Both the position numbers and the translations under genes were made by a program. Below the pieces are notes generated by a model. The model ran no database searches and had not been told where the DNA came from. It saw only the letters and a list, made by a program, of their open reading frames with translations. From a virus, in IMG/VR virus record IMGVR_UViG_3300021373_003510, positions 13,942 to 77,941 of that record: DNA of 64,000 bases, one strand, 5' to 3'. Below, in pieces: positions 27,716-37,388 of this stretch. How positions within the stretch are numbered: position 1 is the stretch's first letter; each line of letters starts with the position of its first letter.

Positions 27716-29620
27716 TTAATACGATGATGATGAGGCAGTAGTTGTAGTGTTAGGTGGATTCGTTGCCGACTGTGTTGCTATCGGTCTTGAGAATTCCTGA
27801 AGTTCCATCGTTGTTTTAACATCGGTGTCTCTTAATATAAACACTCTTCCTTTTGGTGCCTTAACATCATTATCTTTTGTCTTTGCCGTAAACTTAATGG
27901 CAGATCCTGTATAACTTTCTACTATAAAGTTTGTTAATCTAACTTCACCTGTTTCGTAATCCACAGTTCCCGCAGTTGGGTTAATAATTTGTGGGTTTGT
28001 TATTTCATCAGTAATCAACATCATATTACCTTGGCCATCATCTTGTAAGAATACACAAGTACCATTAACATCAAATGGAGTTGACTTAATCGCAGGTTTA
28101 TAATCTACGAAGCCGTTTGCTGCTTTATAAGGATAAGGTTTAATTAATTCAGACTCAAATCTAAACTTAGGATTTGTATTGAAGTTAACTGGAGGTGAAT
28201 ACTCAATAATAGGTAACACTGTAATTTCATTACTTTCAATACCTGGGTCTAGGTTATCAATAATACCTGAAAGTTTTGATACTCTTAATGTCTTATTAAA
28301 ATCTTCGAGGTTATCATCAGAATATTTAGCAATTGCATTTCTTACTAATACTTCAAGTTCAGCACTTGTCTTTTCAGTATTCTTTCTACTATATTTTACT
28401 GCTACATTCATATCACCGTAAACGAATTGTGTTTGAACAAAGATAGGCTCAATACCCAATGGTGATCTTTCACTTAAATAAGAAAGATATGAATTTGATA
28501 ATGTTGATGAAACAATTTCAGTGTCGTCATTTAAGAATACTGAAATAGCAACTCTTCCGTATTGAGGTGGATCTAATTGCTCTCCACCGTATGCAGAGAC
28601 TGCTTTAATTTCTGGGAATGCTTGTTGTAATAGTACTTCGTAATCAGATGTTGTGACTGCACGTTCTTGAATTTGTAAAGCCTTAGGAGCAAAGTATCGA
28701 ATAGATTCCATTGATTCACGTTCTGCTCCACCAGTCGCAGGTTGTGTTACTGTAACCGTAATAGTACCGCCTTCAATAAATGATGCACTAAATGTACCAC
28801 TTTGTCCAGCACCATTTGGCTCTTCACCTGAACAGATTCTATATCTTACTCTTACATCCTCAAATTCTTCAGGCTGTAAACCAAACTGATTCTTACCAAA
28901 ATAAATTGCATACTTGTCATCAAGATAAGGTTCTAAATAAAATACTTTATCTGTAGGTCTTACACCAAAAATAGTATTGGCTCTTGTAAATACGTTTTGG
29001 TCATCAGTTTGTTCAGCATCAACAAACACAACAATAGAATCAGTATCTACTTCGTTGTTTGTTAAATTAACTCTTAATACTCCATCAGCATCTACAATAA
29101 ATCCTTCTCTTTGGAAACTTTGTAAAATTTCTCCTTCAAAGATTTCAACTCCTTCAACAACAAAATCATTTCCTGGTGTTGTATCATCTAGAGCTTTAGG
29201 AACACGTCTTGCTACATATGCTTGGTCTGTAATGAAGTTATAACTTTCACCTTTATGTGTAATTGAGAAATCAGCATACTTTGGAATTGTAATTGTTGAC
29301 TCGGTTTGCTCTCTTCTAATACTAACTGTAACAACAGCCTTTGCTGATTTACGTGATCTTGGAATATAATTTAATTCTTTGGCGTGAGAAACAATTGAGT
29401 TCTTGAGGACGGCAGAGTCAAGAAACATTTCGTTCATTGCCATATTAGTATAGAAATTATTTTGATAACTGTTAAACGCAAGTACGTCTAATAAGACGGA
29501 CATATTAGAACCTTCAAAGTTATAATCTTTGAATTGCGTTTGTGTTTGTAAATATGTCTTGAGTTGAGTCTTTATTGAATCAAAGTCAAGTTCTGTAATT
29601 GGAGTTTTTGGATTTGCCAT
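27716..29620 (-). CDS. gp6: Baseplate wedge subunit gp6
   Basis: ELDFDSIKTQLKTYL...FKDYNFEGSNMSVLLDVLA; QERAVTTSDY. Confidence 0.93.
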   Translation of the reverse strand: MANPKTPITELDFDSIKTQLKTYLQTQTQFKDYNFEGSNMSVLLDVLAFNSYQNNFYTNMAMNEMFLDSAVLKNSIVSHAKELNYIPRSRKSAKAVVTVSIRREQTESTITIPKYADFSITHKGESYNFITDQAYVARRVPKALDDTTPGNDFVVEGVEIFEGEILQSFQREGFIVDADGVLRVNLTNNEVDTDSIVVFVDAEQTDDQNVFTRANTIFGVRPTDKVFYLEPYLDDKYAIYFGKNQFGLQPEEFEDVRVRYRICSGEEPNGAGQSGTFSASFIEGGTITVTVTQPATGGAERESMESIRYFAPKALQIQERAVTTSDYEVLLQQAFPEIKAVSAYGGEQLDPPQYGRVAISVFLNDDTEIVSSTLSNSYLSYLSERSPLGIEPIFVQTQFVYGDMNVAVKYSRKNTEKTSAELEVLVRNAIAKYSDDNLEDFNKTLRVSKLSGIIDNLDPGIESNEITVLPIIEYSPPVNFNTNPKFRFESELIKPYPYKAANGFVDYKPAIKSTPFDVNGTCVFLQDDGQGNMMLITDEITNPQIINPTAGTVDYETGEVRLTNFIVESYTGSAIKFTAKTKDNDVKAPKGRVFILRDTDVKTTMELQEFSRPIATQSATNPPNTTTTASSSSY

Positions 29621-29622
29621 CT

Positions 29623-30042
29623 CTATCTATTCCTTTGTAAAATAACGTCTAATTGAATTGGTTGTTGAACATTGCGAACAAAGAATGTTATACCAACATA
29701 AACAGTCGACTCATCTGAACTGTTACTAACTGATACATTAAGTAATTGAGCTCGAGGTTCGTATGTTTCAATTGTGGACGTTACTCTGTCTTCTATAAGT
29801 TTTAGAGTACCAGGTGTCATATTCTCAAACAACATTGCTCGAATATTGCCACCAATAAATGGTTGCATTAATCTTTCACCACGGTCCGTTAAAATTAAAT
29901 TCTTAATTGATTCCTTAACCGAATCTTCGTCTTTAAGCAATGCAAGGTCTTTTGACACTGGACTCGTTTTCAAGTCCTTATGAAAATCAGAGTTTAAGCT
30001 AATCTTCTTCTTTGTCGGTGATATGTATTCTGCGATTGCCAT
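29623..30042 (-). CDS. gp25: Baseplate wedge subunit gp25
   Basis: SVKESIKNLILTDRGERLMQPFIG; IETYEPRA. Confidence 0.92.
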   Translation of the reverse strand: MAIAEYISPTKKKISLNSDFHKDLKTSPVSKDLALLKDEDSVKESIKNLILTDRGERLMQPFIGGNIRAMLFENMTPGTLKLIEDRVTSTIETYEPRAQLLNVSVSNSSDESTVYVGITFFVRNVQQPIQLDVILQRNR

Positions 30043-31595
30043 TAAATTATTGCTCTTATATCTAAATGAATAAATTTATCATATTCTTTAACAAACTTAA
30101 ATCCTGTTTTTAATGCCCTTTGCATAAAATCTTCAGGATCTGATAAATCTGATTTTCTTATATCAACGACCAAACCACTCAAATGACTGTTCTGTTCGTC
30201 GCCCTTAATCTTCTTGTTGTAGGCTTTGCTTATCCAGCCGTTGGTAATTATCAACTTGGTACCAACTTGTTCCTGTAGCCGCATTAAATATACTTTAACA
30301 TCAAGATCTACCCTTGTATATCCATATATTCCGACGCCGTCCTCTTCATTAAATACTTCTGCACTATTGTCAACTCCAAATACTCCAGAGCTTCCATTAA
30401 ATACATTTCCACATCTTGGTAAGCTTTTATAATCTTCAGCGGTAATCGGCTTTATATTATTAACAGGTCCGCCTGTGTTAGTAATCTGATTACCACCTTC
30501 TTCAGTCCATCTACCTTGTAATCTATTTATTACCTCTTGCCTAGTTGATGGAGAATACCTTATAGCTCCTGCTCTCACAGCGGAAGAAGTATTGATTCTT
30601 GAAATGTTCTTTAGACGACTTACAATAGTTGAGTACCTATTATTATAATCGTCAAGTGGCTTTTTAATATCATTCATTAACGCTTCAATGTTAGCAGCGA
30701 AAGAACAAATTCTTGCGATTAAAAACTGAATCTCTTCAAGTCCTGGGCTTTCAAATAGACTTACAGCATACTTAATTAAATTAACTACCTTATCTTTTAA
30801 GTTCTTTTTATTTGCATCAGTAAAGAAGGCGCACATCTGTTCTCTTGTTGTCATAATGCCTTTAGTGACTGACTTATCTAAAAATGTTTCAAACCCGGCA
30901 GTAATTTTTGATGGGTCAAAATTGTCTATCTTATCTTGTACCTCAGCAAAGATTTTATCAATGACATCAGTAATCTTTTCTATGACTTCATCAATTAACT
31001 TTTTAATTAATGCTGCGGCTCCTAAATCTTGTATGCCTTGATAAGTTCTTATTTTATTAATAAAGGAAGATACGTCAGCAATGATATTTCCTACAGTTCC
31101 AATCAAATCAAAGAATGCATCAATTGAAGCAAAGACATTGGCAAAGCCATTACAAAATCCACCAAGTATACTTGTACTAAAATCGTTTTTGTAATATGAA
31201 TCTAAATTACGAGCAAGTCTTTGATAATTGTTTTCAAGTAAAAATCCTTGAGGTGTATAATTATATGCTTGTAAGAAGTCTGCCATTTCAAGATTTGAAA
31301 TAGATCCTCTTTCCCATCTTGCAGCTAGGTCTGGATAATTTGTTGTGTCTCCAATTAACTGTCTTAATAGACCGTTTAAGTAATCAGTTGACTTATATAC
31401 ATCATCACCATATTTGTTTACAGCAACTATAAGTGGATTTGTTTCAGCATCCTTTACGATTGTTTCTGCAAGTTCTTTAGCTGCAGCATCGACTTGTGCA
31501 AGAGTATATCGTCCACTGCCATCTACTAAAGCAGCTGATGATAACGCTAATTGATTTTGCGTTACCTGATCATTTGTATCAATACAATCACTCAT
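30042..31595 (-). CDS. Helical baseplate-associated protein with a C-terminal peptidase M15-like (Zn, cell-wall hydrolase) domain
   Basis: SHLSGLVVD...FIHLDIR (H-x6-D...H) at the C-terminus; lies between gp5 and gp25. Confidence 0.65.
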   Translation of the reverse strand: MSDCIDTNDQVTQNQLALSSAALVDGSGRYTLAQVDAAAKELAETIVKDAETNPLIVAVNKYGDDVYKSTDYLNGLLRQLIGDTTNYPDLAARWERGSISNLEMADFLQAYNYTPQGFLLENNYQRLARNLDSYYKNDFSTSILGGFCNGFANVFASIDAFFDLIGTVGNIIADVSSFINKIRTYQGIQDLGAAALIKKLIDEVIEKITDVIDKIFAEVQDKIDNFDPSKITAGFETFLDKSVTKGIMTTREQMCAFFTDANKKNLKDKVVNLIKYAVSLFESPGLEEIQFLIARICSFAANIEALMNDIKKPLDDYNNRYSTIVSRLKNISRINTSSAVRAGAIRYSPSTRQEVINRLQGRWTEEGGNQITNTGGPVNNIKPITAEDYKSLPRCGNVFNGSSGVFGVDNSAEVFNEEDGVGIYGYTRVDLDVKVYLMRLQEQVGTKLIITNGWISKAYNKKIKGDEQNSHLSGLVVDIRKSDLSDPEDFMQRALKTGFKFVKEYDKFIHLDIRAII

Positions 31596-33190
31596 TAGAT
31601 ATCCTTTGCGTTATCGTCTGTTGGTGATAAGTAACCTAATGCATGTCCTAATGCAAAATAACCTCTTTCTACAATTGAGGTATTCTTTCCTGGTGGCTCT
31701 GGCATTTTTGCTACACCTGATCCATCGTTAGGTAATGCGTATCCCAATATAGGAACACTTGTCGCAGGCAAGGTGATGGCAGGCAGTGTTGGTATTGTAA
31801 ATACCGGTGCTGCCACCGTAGCAGCAGTACTACCAACAGGACCTGTGTATGCCGCCGCATTTAAGGCAGCCGCTGAAGCAGTTGCGAACAATGCTGTTGT
31901 TGCGTTTAATCCTGTTGCGTTTAATCCTGCGAAGTTTCCAGTAGTTCCTGTTACAACTCCACCATTTAATGTACCTGCATTCCAAATACCACTAAAGCTA
32001 CCTGTTGCTGATAATATATGCATAGCAGGTGCCGTGATACTAAATCCTACTCCTGCTGGGTTTGCCGAACCATTAAGTGGATTCGGAGGTACTGCTCCGC
32101 TTGATGTAAATATATGATTACTTGCTTGACAATGGAAATCCCATAGAGTAGTAATCTTCATACTCTTTGTTGCATATAATTGAAAATCTAATAAAGAAGT
32201 AATATTTACATTTTGAGCTTTTGCTTGTAGTTGAGCTCCGCCTTCAATTCTTACTTCCTTCTCTGCGTGTAAAGAAGCAGTACCAACATTTGCATCAACA
32301 ACTACATCAGCTCCACGAATTTGTACTTGTTCTCCACCATTAATATTCATTTGACCGCCAACACCATATTCAGCATTGCCATGAATTATTTGTTTATAGT
32401 CTCCTTCAATTTCTTCTGTCTTATTACCTTTGACATATACATGAGAGTTACCGTTAATTGTAATAACATTATGACCTGACGATTCGTGTTTTGTTCCGAT
32501 GTTGATTTCATAACGGTCTCCTTGTGCTCTTTCAGCAACAGTTCCTTTAGAGTCAATTTCAATATATGATCCTGCTCTATGATGAATAGTAATTCTTTCA
32601 GCACCAGGAGTATCGTCTAATTCAATACTATGATTTGATGTTTTAATAACTCTATTGTGTGGATACTTTGCTGCATAAGAAGGTCCTGGCTCTGACCAAG
32701 TATCTTCTTCTCCGCCAATTTTTTGATCGTGAACTTTATTTGCCGCCATAGACAACAAGTAAGTTTCTAATAGATCCTCTGCTCGAGCCAATCTATCAGG
32801 TCCTCCACCTGCATTGAAATCTGTAGGACTATAACCTGCTGCTAATAAGTCTGCATCTGAAACAGGAATAGCACCATATCCGTCTGCTTCAGGATTAGCC
32901 TCTTTATTATACATACCTGGGATTAATCCAAGCACTAATGGATGTTGTGCTAATCTTCCATCTAAAAATAATCCATAAACAAATGCACCTATTCTTGGAG
33001 GCGGATTATTTGAATCATAATTACCTGCCGCACAAATAGCCCAAGGCAATTCTTTGTTTTCGATTTCCTTATTTGTTCCGTGTACACCAAATGCTCTTAC
33101 TTGTACTTTTCCTTCGTTTGTTGGATCGACATTATTTTCTACAACGCCTAAAAAGAAAAACGGATTACTTATTCCACTTCCATCAATCAT
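31595..33190 (-). CDS. gp5: Baseplate central spike gp5-like (OB fold plus beta-helix, no lysozyme domain)
   Basis: FFLGVVENNVDP..GKVQVRAFGVH..LPWA; YPHNRVIKTSNHSIELDDTPGAERITIHHRAGSYIEI. Confidence 0.88.
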   Translation of the reverse strand: MIDGSGISNPFFFLGVVENNVDPTNEGKVQVRAFGVHGTNKEIENKELPWAICAAGNYDSNNPPPRIGAFVYGLFLDGRLAQHPLVLGLIPGMYNKEANPEADGYGAIPVSDADLLAAGYSPTDFNAGGGPDRLARAEDLLETYLLSMAANKVHDQKIGGEEDTWSEPGPSYAAKYPHNRVIKTSNHSIELDDTPGAERITIHHRAGSYIEIDSKGTVAERAQGDRYEINIGTKHESSGHNVITINGNSHVYVKGNKTEEIEGDYKQIIHGNAEYGVGGQMNINGGEQVQIRGADVVVDANVGTASLHAEKEVRIEGGAQLQAKAQNVNITSLLDFQLYATKSMKITTLWDFHCQASNHIFTSSGAVPPNPLNGSANPAGVGFSITAPAMHILSATGSFSGIWNAGTLNGGVVTGTTGNFAGLNATGLNATTALFATASAAALNAAAYTGPVGSTAATVAAPVFTIPTLPAITLPATSVPILGYALPNDGSGVAKMPEPPGKNTSIVERGYFALGHALGYLSPTDDNAKDI

Positions 33191-34569
33191 AAATCACCTT
33201 TATCCCAATCATATTTTGTTATCTCTGCGGAAGTATTTAATTGATTTTCTTGTATTGAATGACTTACCGATGATACTAAATATAGACCACTTAATCTCTC
33301 ATCATTTTCTTCTGATAATTCAACATTAGGTTCTTGAACAATAACATTTACTACTTGACCTGGCTGAAGATCTAATCTTCCTTGTATTGTAATTTGAACT
33401 TTAGAATTATTTAAATGGTGATTATACGCTTTTCTATTTTGTATAATTTCAACCATATTTTGTGGTTCTCTTATTTTTTGTTCAGGTTTAGTTTCAGTAC
33501 CTTCTGCTTGCCAATCTCTAAACACTACACTTTGATTAGCATTTTCCTTTGTAAATGTGTTCTTAATAAATGTATCCGAATGGACCGCACCTGCATTTGA
33601 AGTTTGAGGCGCTCCACCCATTTGCTTAAATTTCTTTTTTTGTTCTTGATAATTAAAATTGTGATATTGCATATGATGAGTAATAAGGTCAATCTCCAAT
33701 ACCGTATTCGTATAAGCGCCGCTGTCAAGGTCAGCCTCCGTATTAACGTGATTAGTATTTTCAAAGCTTTCTAAAGTTTGTGAAATTAATTCAGCCTTTC
33801 TTGGATCCTTTTCAGTAAATGGCATATAATATAAATCTTTAATTTTTTTCTTATTTTCCTTTGCTCTTTTTAATAACCATTCATCTGTACACCAATAATA
33901 TCCATCATAAGTTTCAAAGAAACGAAACATATTTGACGGTGATGCTGAAGTTGCTAAAGACTTGCTTGCTAAAAAATTCATTGCTCCGGCTGGAGTAAAG
34001 TCAGGTATAATACAATGCAGCTTGTTTTTTGAATTCTCTAAATAAAATTTTCTATCTGAACCTTGTATTCTTAATCTTTCGGATTCAACTGGCAAGAGCT
34101 CTCTAACATCACCATAAGCATTAAGAGTTTTACCTTTATTAAAGTACTTTTTAAATACAGATTTCGCCGCAGTAGATCCTGTCATATTTTGATAAGGAGC
34201 AATTACATTTTGTATGCCTGCTTCATAAGATGTCAAAGTAACAAAATGCAAATTATAAAAATATCCATCACCAGCAGTATTTGACTTTACATTATCAATT
34301 TTTATAATCTGACCGACGATTCTCACTTCAGTTTGAAAGTCATGGCCTTTTAATGTTAGATTTAATTTTTCTTCACCGCGCAATGGATGATTATGTAATG
34401 TACCTACTGAATCGTAAACTTCTATTGTGCCCACCAATGCGGACGCAGATAATGCCGAATAAGTACCTACACCATATATTAATGGAGTAATGTCCACAAC
34501 CCTTTCATCAACCGAAGTTAAGGTTGCTTCTTCAATGGTACAAAATGATGGATTGAAAGTTTCACTCAT
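33187..34569 (-). CDS. Baseplate hub protein (gp27-like)
   Basis: Position upstream of gp5; FRFFETYDGYYW; LSGLYLVSSVSHSI. Confidence 0.7.
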   Translation of the reverse strand: MSETFNPSFCTIEEATLTSVDERVVDITPLIYGVGTYSALSASALVGTIEVYDSVGTLHNHPLRGEEKLNLTLKGHDFQTEVRIVGQIIKIDNVKSNTAGDGYFYNLHFVTLTSYEAGIQNVIAPYQNMTGSTAAKSVFKKYFNKGKTLNAYGDVRELLPVESERLRIQGSDRKFYLENSKNKLHCIIPDFTPAGAMNFLASKSLATSASPSNMFRFFETYDGYYWCTDEWLLKRAKENKKKIKDLYYMPFTEKDPRKAELISQTLESFENTNHVNTEADLDSGAYTNTVLEIDLITHHMQYHNFNYQEQKKKFKQMGGAPQTSNAGAVHSDTFIKNTFTKENANQSVVFRDWQAEGTETKPEQKIREPQNMVEIIQNRKAYNHHLNNSKVQITIQGRLDLQPGQVVNVIVQEPNVELSEENDERLSGLYLVSSVSHSIQENQLNTSAEITKYDWDKGDL

Positions 34570-34826
34570 TATTCACTTCTTACGCTTGTTTTGAATTCTC
34601 GTGTAAGCTGAGGTAAGAACTCATTATCGAATAAAAAGATTTCCTTTTTGTTATCGTTAAGCATTGTTTCATATTCATAGATACGATAAGGTACCCAATC
34701 TTCAGGAATAATCCTTTTAATAATAATCTTTTGACCACGCTCAGTTCGCATAATAACACGGTCCTCACGTCGAAGATAAATCGTTCGGAATGATTCCGGT
34801 GCTAAAATAATATTGTCAACTGCCAT
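34569..34826 (-). CDS. gp53 C-terminal part (split gene)
   Basis: YEYETMLNDNKKEIFLFDNEFLPQLTREF resembles the gp53 C-terminus; own AGGA RBS. Confidence 0.65.
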   Translation of the reverse strand: MAVDNIILAPESFRTIYLRREDRVIMRTERGQKIIIKRIIPEDWVPYRIYEYETMLNDNKKEIFLFDNEFLPQLTREFKTSVRSE

Positions 34827-34835
34827 GTTTTATTC

Positions 34836-35216
34836 CTAAACTGTTTTAATATAATACAAAATATTTTCGTCGATGTTTTCGTTCTTTGTCCAATCAATTA
34901 CATCTTCACCAATCTCTCCAGACTGGGCCGTATATTTTGCTACCAAGTAATCGTTAAACGTTTGTGTATCCATCGGCCACTCGTAATACGGATCTATAAT
35001 ATTGTTTGCCATATACACAAGCCAAACATAATCTACTGAACCATAATAATTTAATGCTATGTCCTCTGCTCTCTCACCTTCTTTAACGGTGTAAGGATAA
35101 TATACATAAGGATTATTTGCTACTGCTCTAACAAAAGATGCACGCCTGGAAATGTCTCGAACTTTTCTTCCTTGATATTCTATAATTGGAAAATTTTCAA
35201 AATACTTAGTTGCCAT
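34836..35216 (-). CDS. gp53: Baseplate wedge gp53 N-terminal (LysM-like) part; probable start at MATKYF
   Basis: YFENFPII...YTVKEGERAEDIALNYYGSVDYVWLVYMANNIIDPYYEWP. Confidence 0.85.
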   Translation of the reverse strand: MATKYFENFPIIEYQGRKVRDISRRASFVRAVANNPYVYYPYTVKEGERAEDIALNYYGSVDYVWLVYMANNIIDPYYEWPMDTQTFNDYLVAKYTAQSGEIGEDVIDWTKNENIDENILYYIKTV

Positions 35217-36228
35217 TGTTTTGTTGCTCCTGCGAATTATTATCCTCGAAATCTTCAGCGGTTTGAATTTCAAGTTCCTTAAAGCTCATTGATATTTTAA
35301 CGCCTTGTGGTACACCACCTTGAGCAATGACAATTGCACCACTTGGTCCATAATCTACAGATATGCTATCAACCATACATGGTTTAAATTTAATGAATGA
35401 AGATTCATCAATACCTAATAAATTAATAAAGCAAACTGAAGGATATTCTAAAAAGGCACGAGCAAGTGAAGATTGTAAGTTACCGCCACCAACTCCTTCA
35501 ATATCACCAGTTAAAGACTGAGTCCTTGGAAGTATTTCTCTTTTAATTGTTCTTATGATATTTTTAATATCGGTTGCTTCTCCTTCGCTTTCTGGATATA
35601 AAGTCCAATCCATTTGAAACGATCTAAGATTAACACCTTCAAATGATAATGTTGATTGTGGGTTAACTGCTTGTCCTGTTGCTGCATTAATAGATTTACC
35701 TAAACCCATATTGTTTAATGTATTACGCATAAAGAAGGTTAATACTTTACTACCTTGTGCTGCTAATTGACCTAACTGACTATCTTTTGCAGCTTTTGAA
35801 GGATCTGATATAACTCCAATTAAATCAGCTGCGCCTTGTACTGCTCCTTCTCCCATTCCAAATAATGCATTAGCTGCGTCCTGAAATCCACCACCTTCGC
35901 CTGAAAATGCTGGTGCTAATGCGTCGGACACAAATGATTCTACGAATGTTCTTTCAAATCCATTTATCATTAATCCTGTTGAATCTTGTAATGCAGTTGG
36001 CATTGGTAATTCAATAATAGATGCACTTGCTTCTTGTGCAGCTTTAGTTCTTGTTGTTCTGTCAATAAATCCAGACCCAAATGCTGGATCTCTATCAACA
36101 AGAAGGCTTTTGTAATCGTATTTTTTGAAGATCATTTGTATTCCATGCGGATATGGTGCCGCAGGAAAGTGTAATCTTTTATCAGAGATTTCCGAAGGCC
36201 TTCGTAATACTATGTTAGGGTTGCTCAT
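35206..36228 (-). CDS. gp48: Baseplate tail-tube cap gp48
   Basis: IELPMP; AVNPQSTLSFEGVNLRSFQMDWTLYPESEGEA; MSFKELEI. Confidence 0.82.
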   Translation of the reverse strand: MSNPNIVLRRPSEISDKRLHFPAAPYPHGIQMIFKKYDYKSLLVDRDPAFGSGFIDRTTRTKAAQEASASIIELPMPTALQDSTGLMINGFERTFVESFVSDALAPAFSGEGGGFQDAANALFGMGEGAVQGAADLIGVISDPSKAAKDSQLGQLAAQGSKVLTFFMRNTLNNMGLGKSINAATGQAVNPQSTLSFEGVNLRSFQMDWTLYPESEGEATDIKNIIRTIKREILPRTQSLTGDIEGVGGGNLQSSLARAFLEYPSVCFINLLGIDESSFIKFKPCMVDSISVDYGPSGAIVIAQGGVPQGVKISMSFKELEIQTAEDFEDNNSQEQQNNGN

Positions 36229-36259
36229 TCCAATTTACCTTGTCGTTCCGTCATATTCG

Positions 36260-36267
36260 TATAAATA
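36260..36267 (+). promoter_or_regulatory. Late promoter TATAAATA for the gp4-gp2-gp54-gp26 operon
   Basis: Exact consensus in the divergent intergenic region. Confidence 0.8.
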
Positions 36268-36291
36268 TGGTAATACGGTTACTTTTGTAGT

Positions 36292-36299
36292 TATTTATA
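36292..36299 (-). promoter_or_regulatory. Late promoter TATAAATA for the gp48-baseplate operon
   Basis: Exact consensus on the minus strand. Confidence 0.8.
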
Positions 36300-36319
36300 C
36301 ATAAAGCGAGAAATATATT

Positions 36320-36781
36320 ATGGCATATAAAGGTCGATTTAGACCAAAGAACCCCAATAAGTATAAAGGGGATCCTACTAAGATTATTTATAGGTCTTTA
36401 TGGGAGTTTAAAGTATTTAAGTATGTAGATACACACCCTGATGTTATTTGGTGGCAATCTGAAGAAGTGGTTGTACCTTATAGGTCGCCTATAGATGGAA
36501 AAATACATAGGTATTTTCCTGATGTTGTAGTACATAAAAAAGATAACTTAGGTAATCTTAATACAATTATGATTGAGATTAAACCAAGCGCTCAATGTAG
36601 ACCGCCTGATCCTAAGAATAAAAATAAAACAAAAACTGGTAGAGTATCAAGAAGATATTTAAATGAAGTTAAAACATGGGGAGTCAACGAAGCAAAGTGG
36701 AAAGCAGCAAGATCTTTTTGTGCTGACCGTGGTTGGTTGTTTACTATCATGACAGAAAAGCATATACCAGGAGCAAGGTAA
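36320..36781 (+). CDS. gp4: Head completion nuclease gp4
   Basis: MAYKGRFRPKNPNKYKGDPTKIIYRSLWE; HRYFPD; IEIKP; VNEAKWKAA. Confidence 0.93.
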   Translation: MAYKGRFRPKNPNKYKGDPTKIIYRSLWEFKVFKYVDTHPDVIWWQSEEVVVPYRSPIDGKIHRYFPDVVVHKKDNLGNLNTIMIEIKPSAQCRPPDPKNKNKTKTGRVSRRYLNEVKTWGVNEAKWKAARSFCADRGWLFTIMTEKHIPGAR

Positions 36782-37387
36782 ATGGCGACAATTTTTACAG
36801 ATATATTAGCAAAAGGAATTCGTCAAGGTCAAGTGCCTGCTCGAACAACAGCTGCTAGAGAATGGTATCGTAACCAAGCAAGAACAGGTCGCACCAGTGC
36901 TGAAGAAGTAATTTCAGGAACAAAGAAAAGTAATACAAGAGCAACAGTTTCTAATGAAAGTCATATCGGCCAAATGTTATTATTTGAGTATGATGCAAAA
37001 CATAAAGACACATTACCGTATTATGATCGCTTCCCTCTGATATTCCCAATAAATATAGTTAAAGGTGGATTCATGGGAATCAACATGCATTACTTACCAC
37101 CACAATTGAGAGCACAATTAATGGACCAATTATATACAGTTGCTAACAATGATAAGTATGATGCAAAGACAAGATTAATGTTATCTTACGATGTATTAAA
37201 TGGTGCATCGAAGTTTAGATTATTTAAGCCAACAATTAAAAGATATTTACAAAGACAAGTAAGATCTAGGTTTATAAAGATAGCATCGAGCGAATGGGAT
37301 ATTGCATTATTCTTACCGCTTCAGAAATTTGTTGGTGCAAGTAGTAATAAAGTATATGCTGATTCAAGAAAGATCATAAGAGGATAA
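36782..37387 (+). CDS. gp2: DNA end protector gp2
   Basis: YDAKHKDTLPYYDRFPLIF; GINMHYLPP. Confidence 0.92.
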   Translation: MATIFTDILAKGIRQGQVPARTTAAREWYRNQARTGRTSAEEVISGTKKSNTRATVSNESHIGQMLLFEYDAKHKDTLPYYDRFPLIFPINIVKGGFMGINMHYLPPQLRAQLMDQLYTVANNDKYDAKTRLMLSYDVLNGASKFRLFKPTIKRYLQRQVRSRFIKIASSEWDIALFLPLQKFVGASSNKVYADSRKIIRG

Positions 37388-37388
37388 C

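Noticed and set aside
34827-34838. Stop-codon reassignment (TAG read-through) to rejoin gp53
   Set aside because: An in-frame TAA follows two codons later, and other genes are intact under the standard code.
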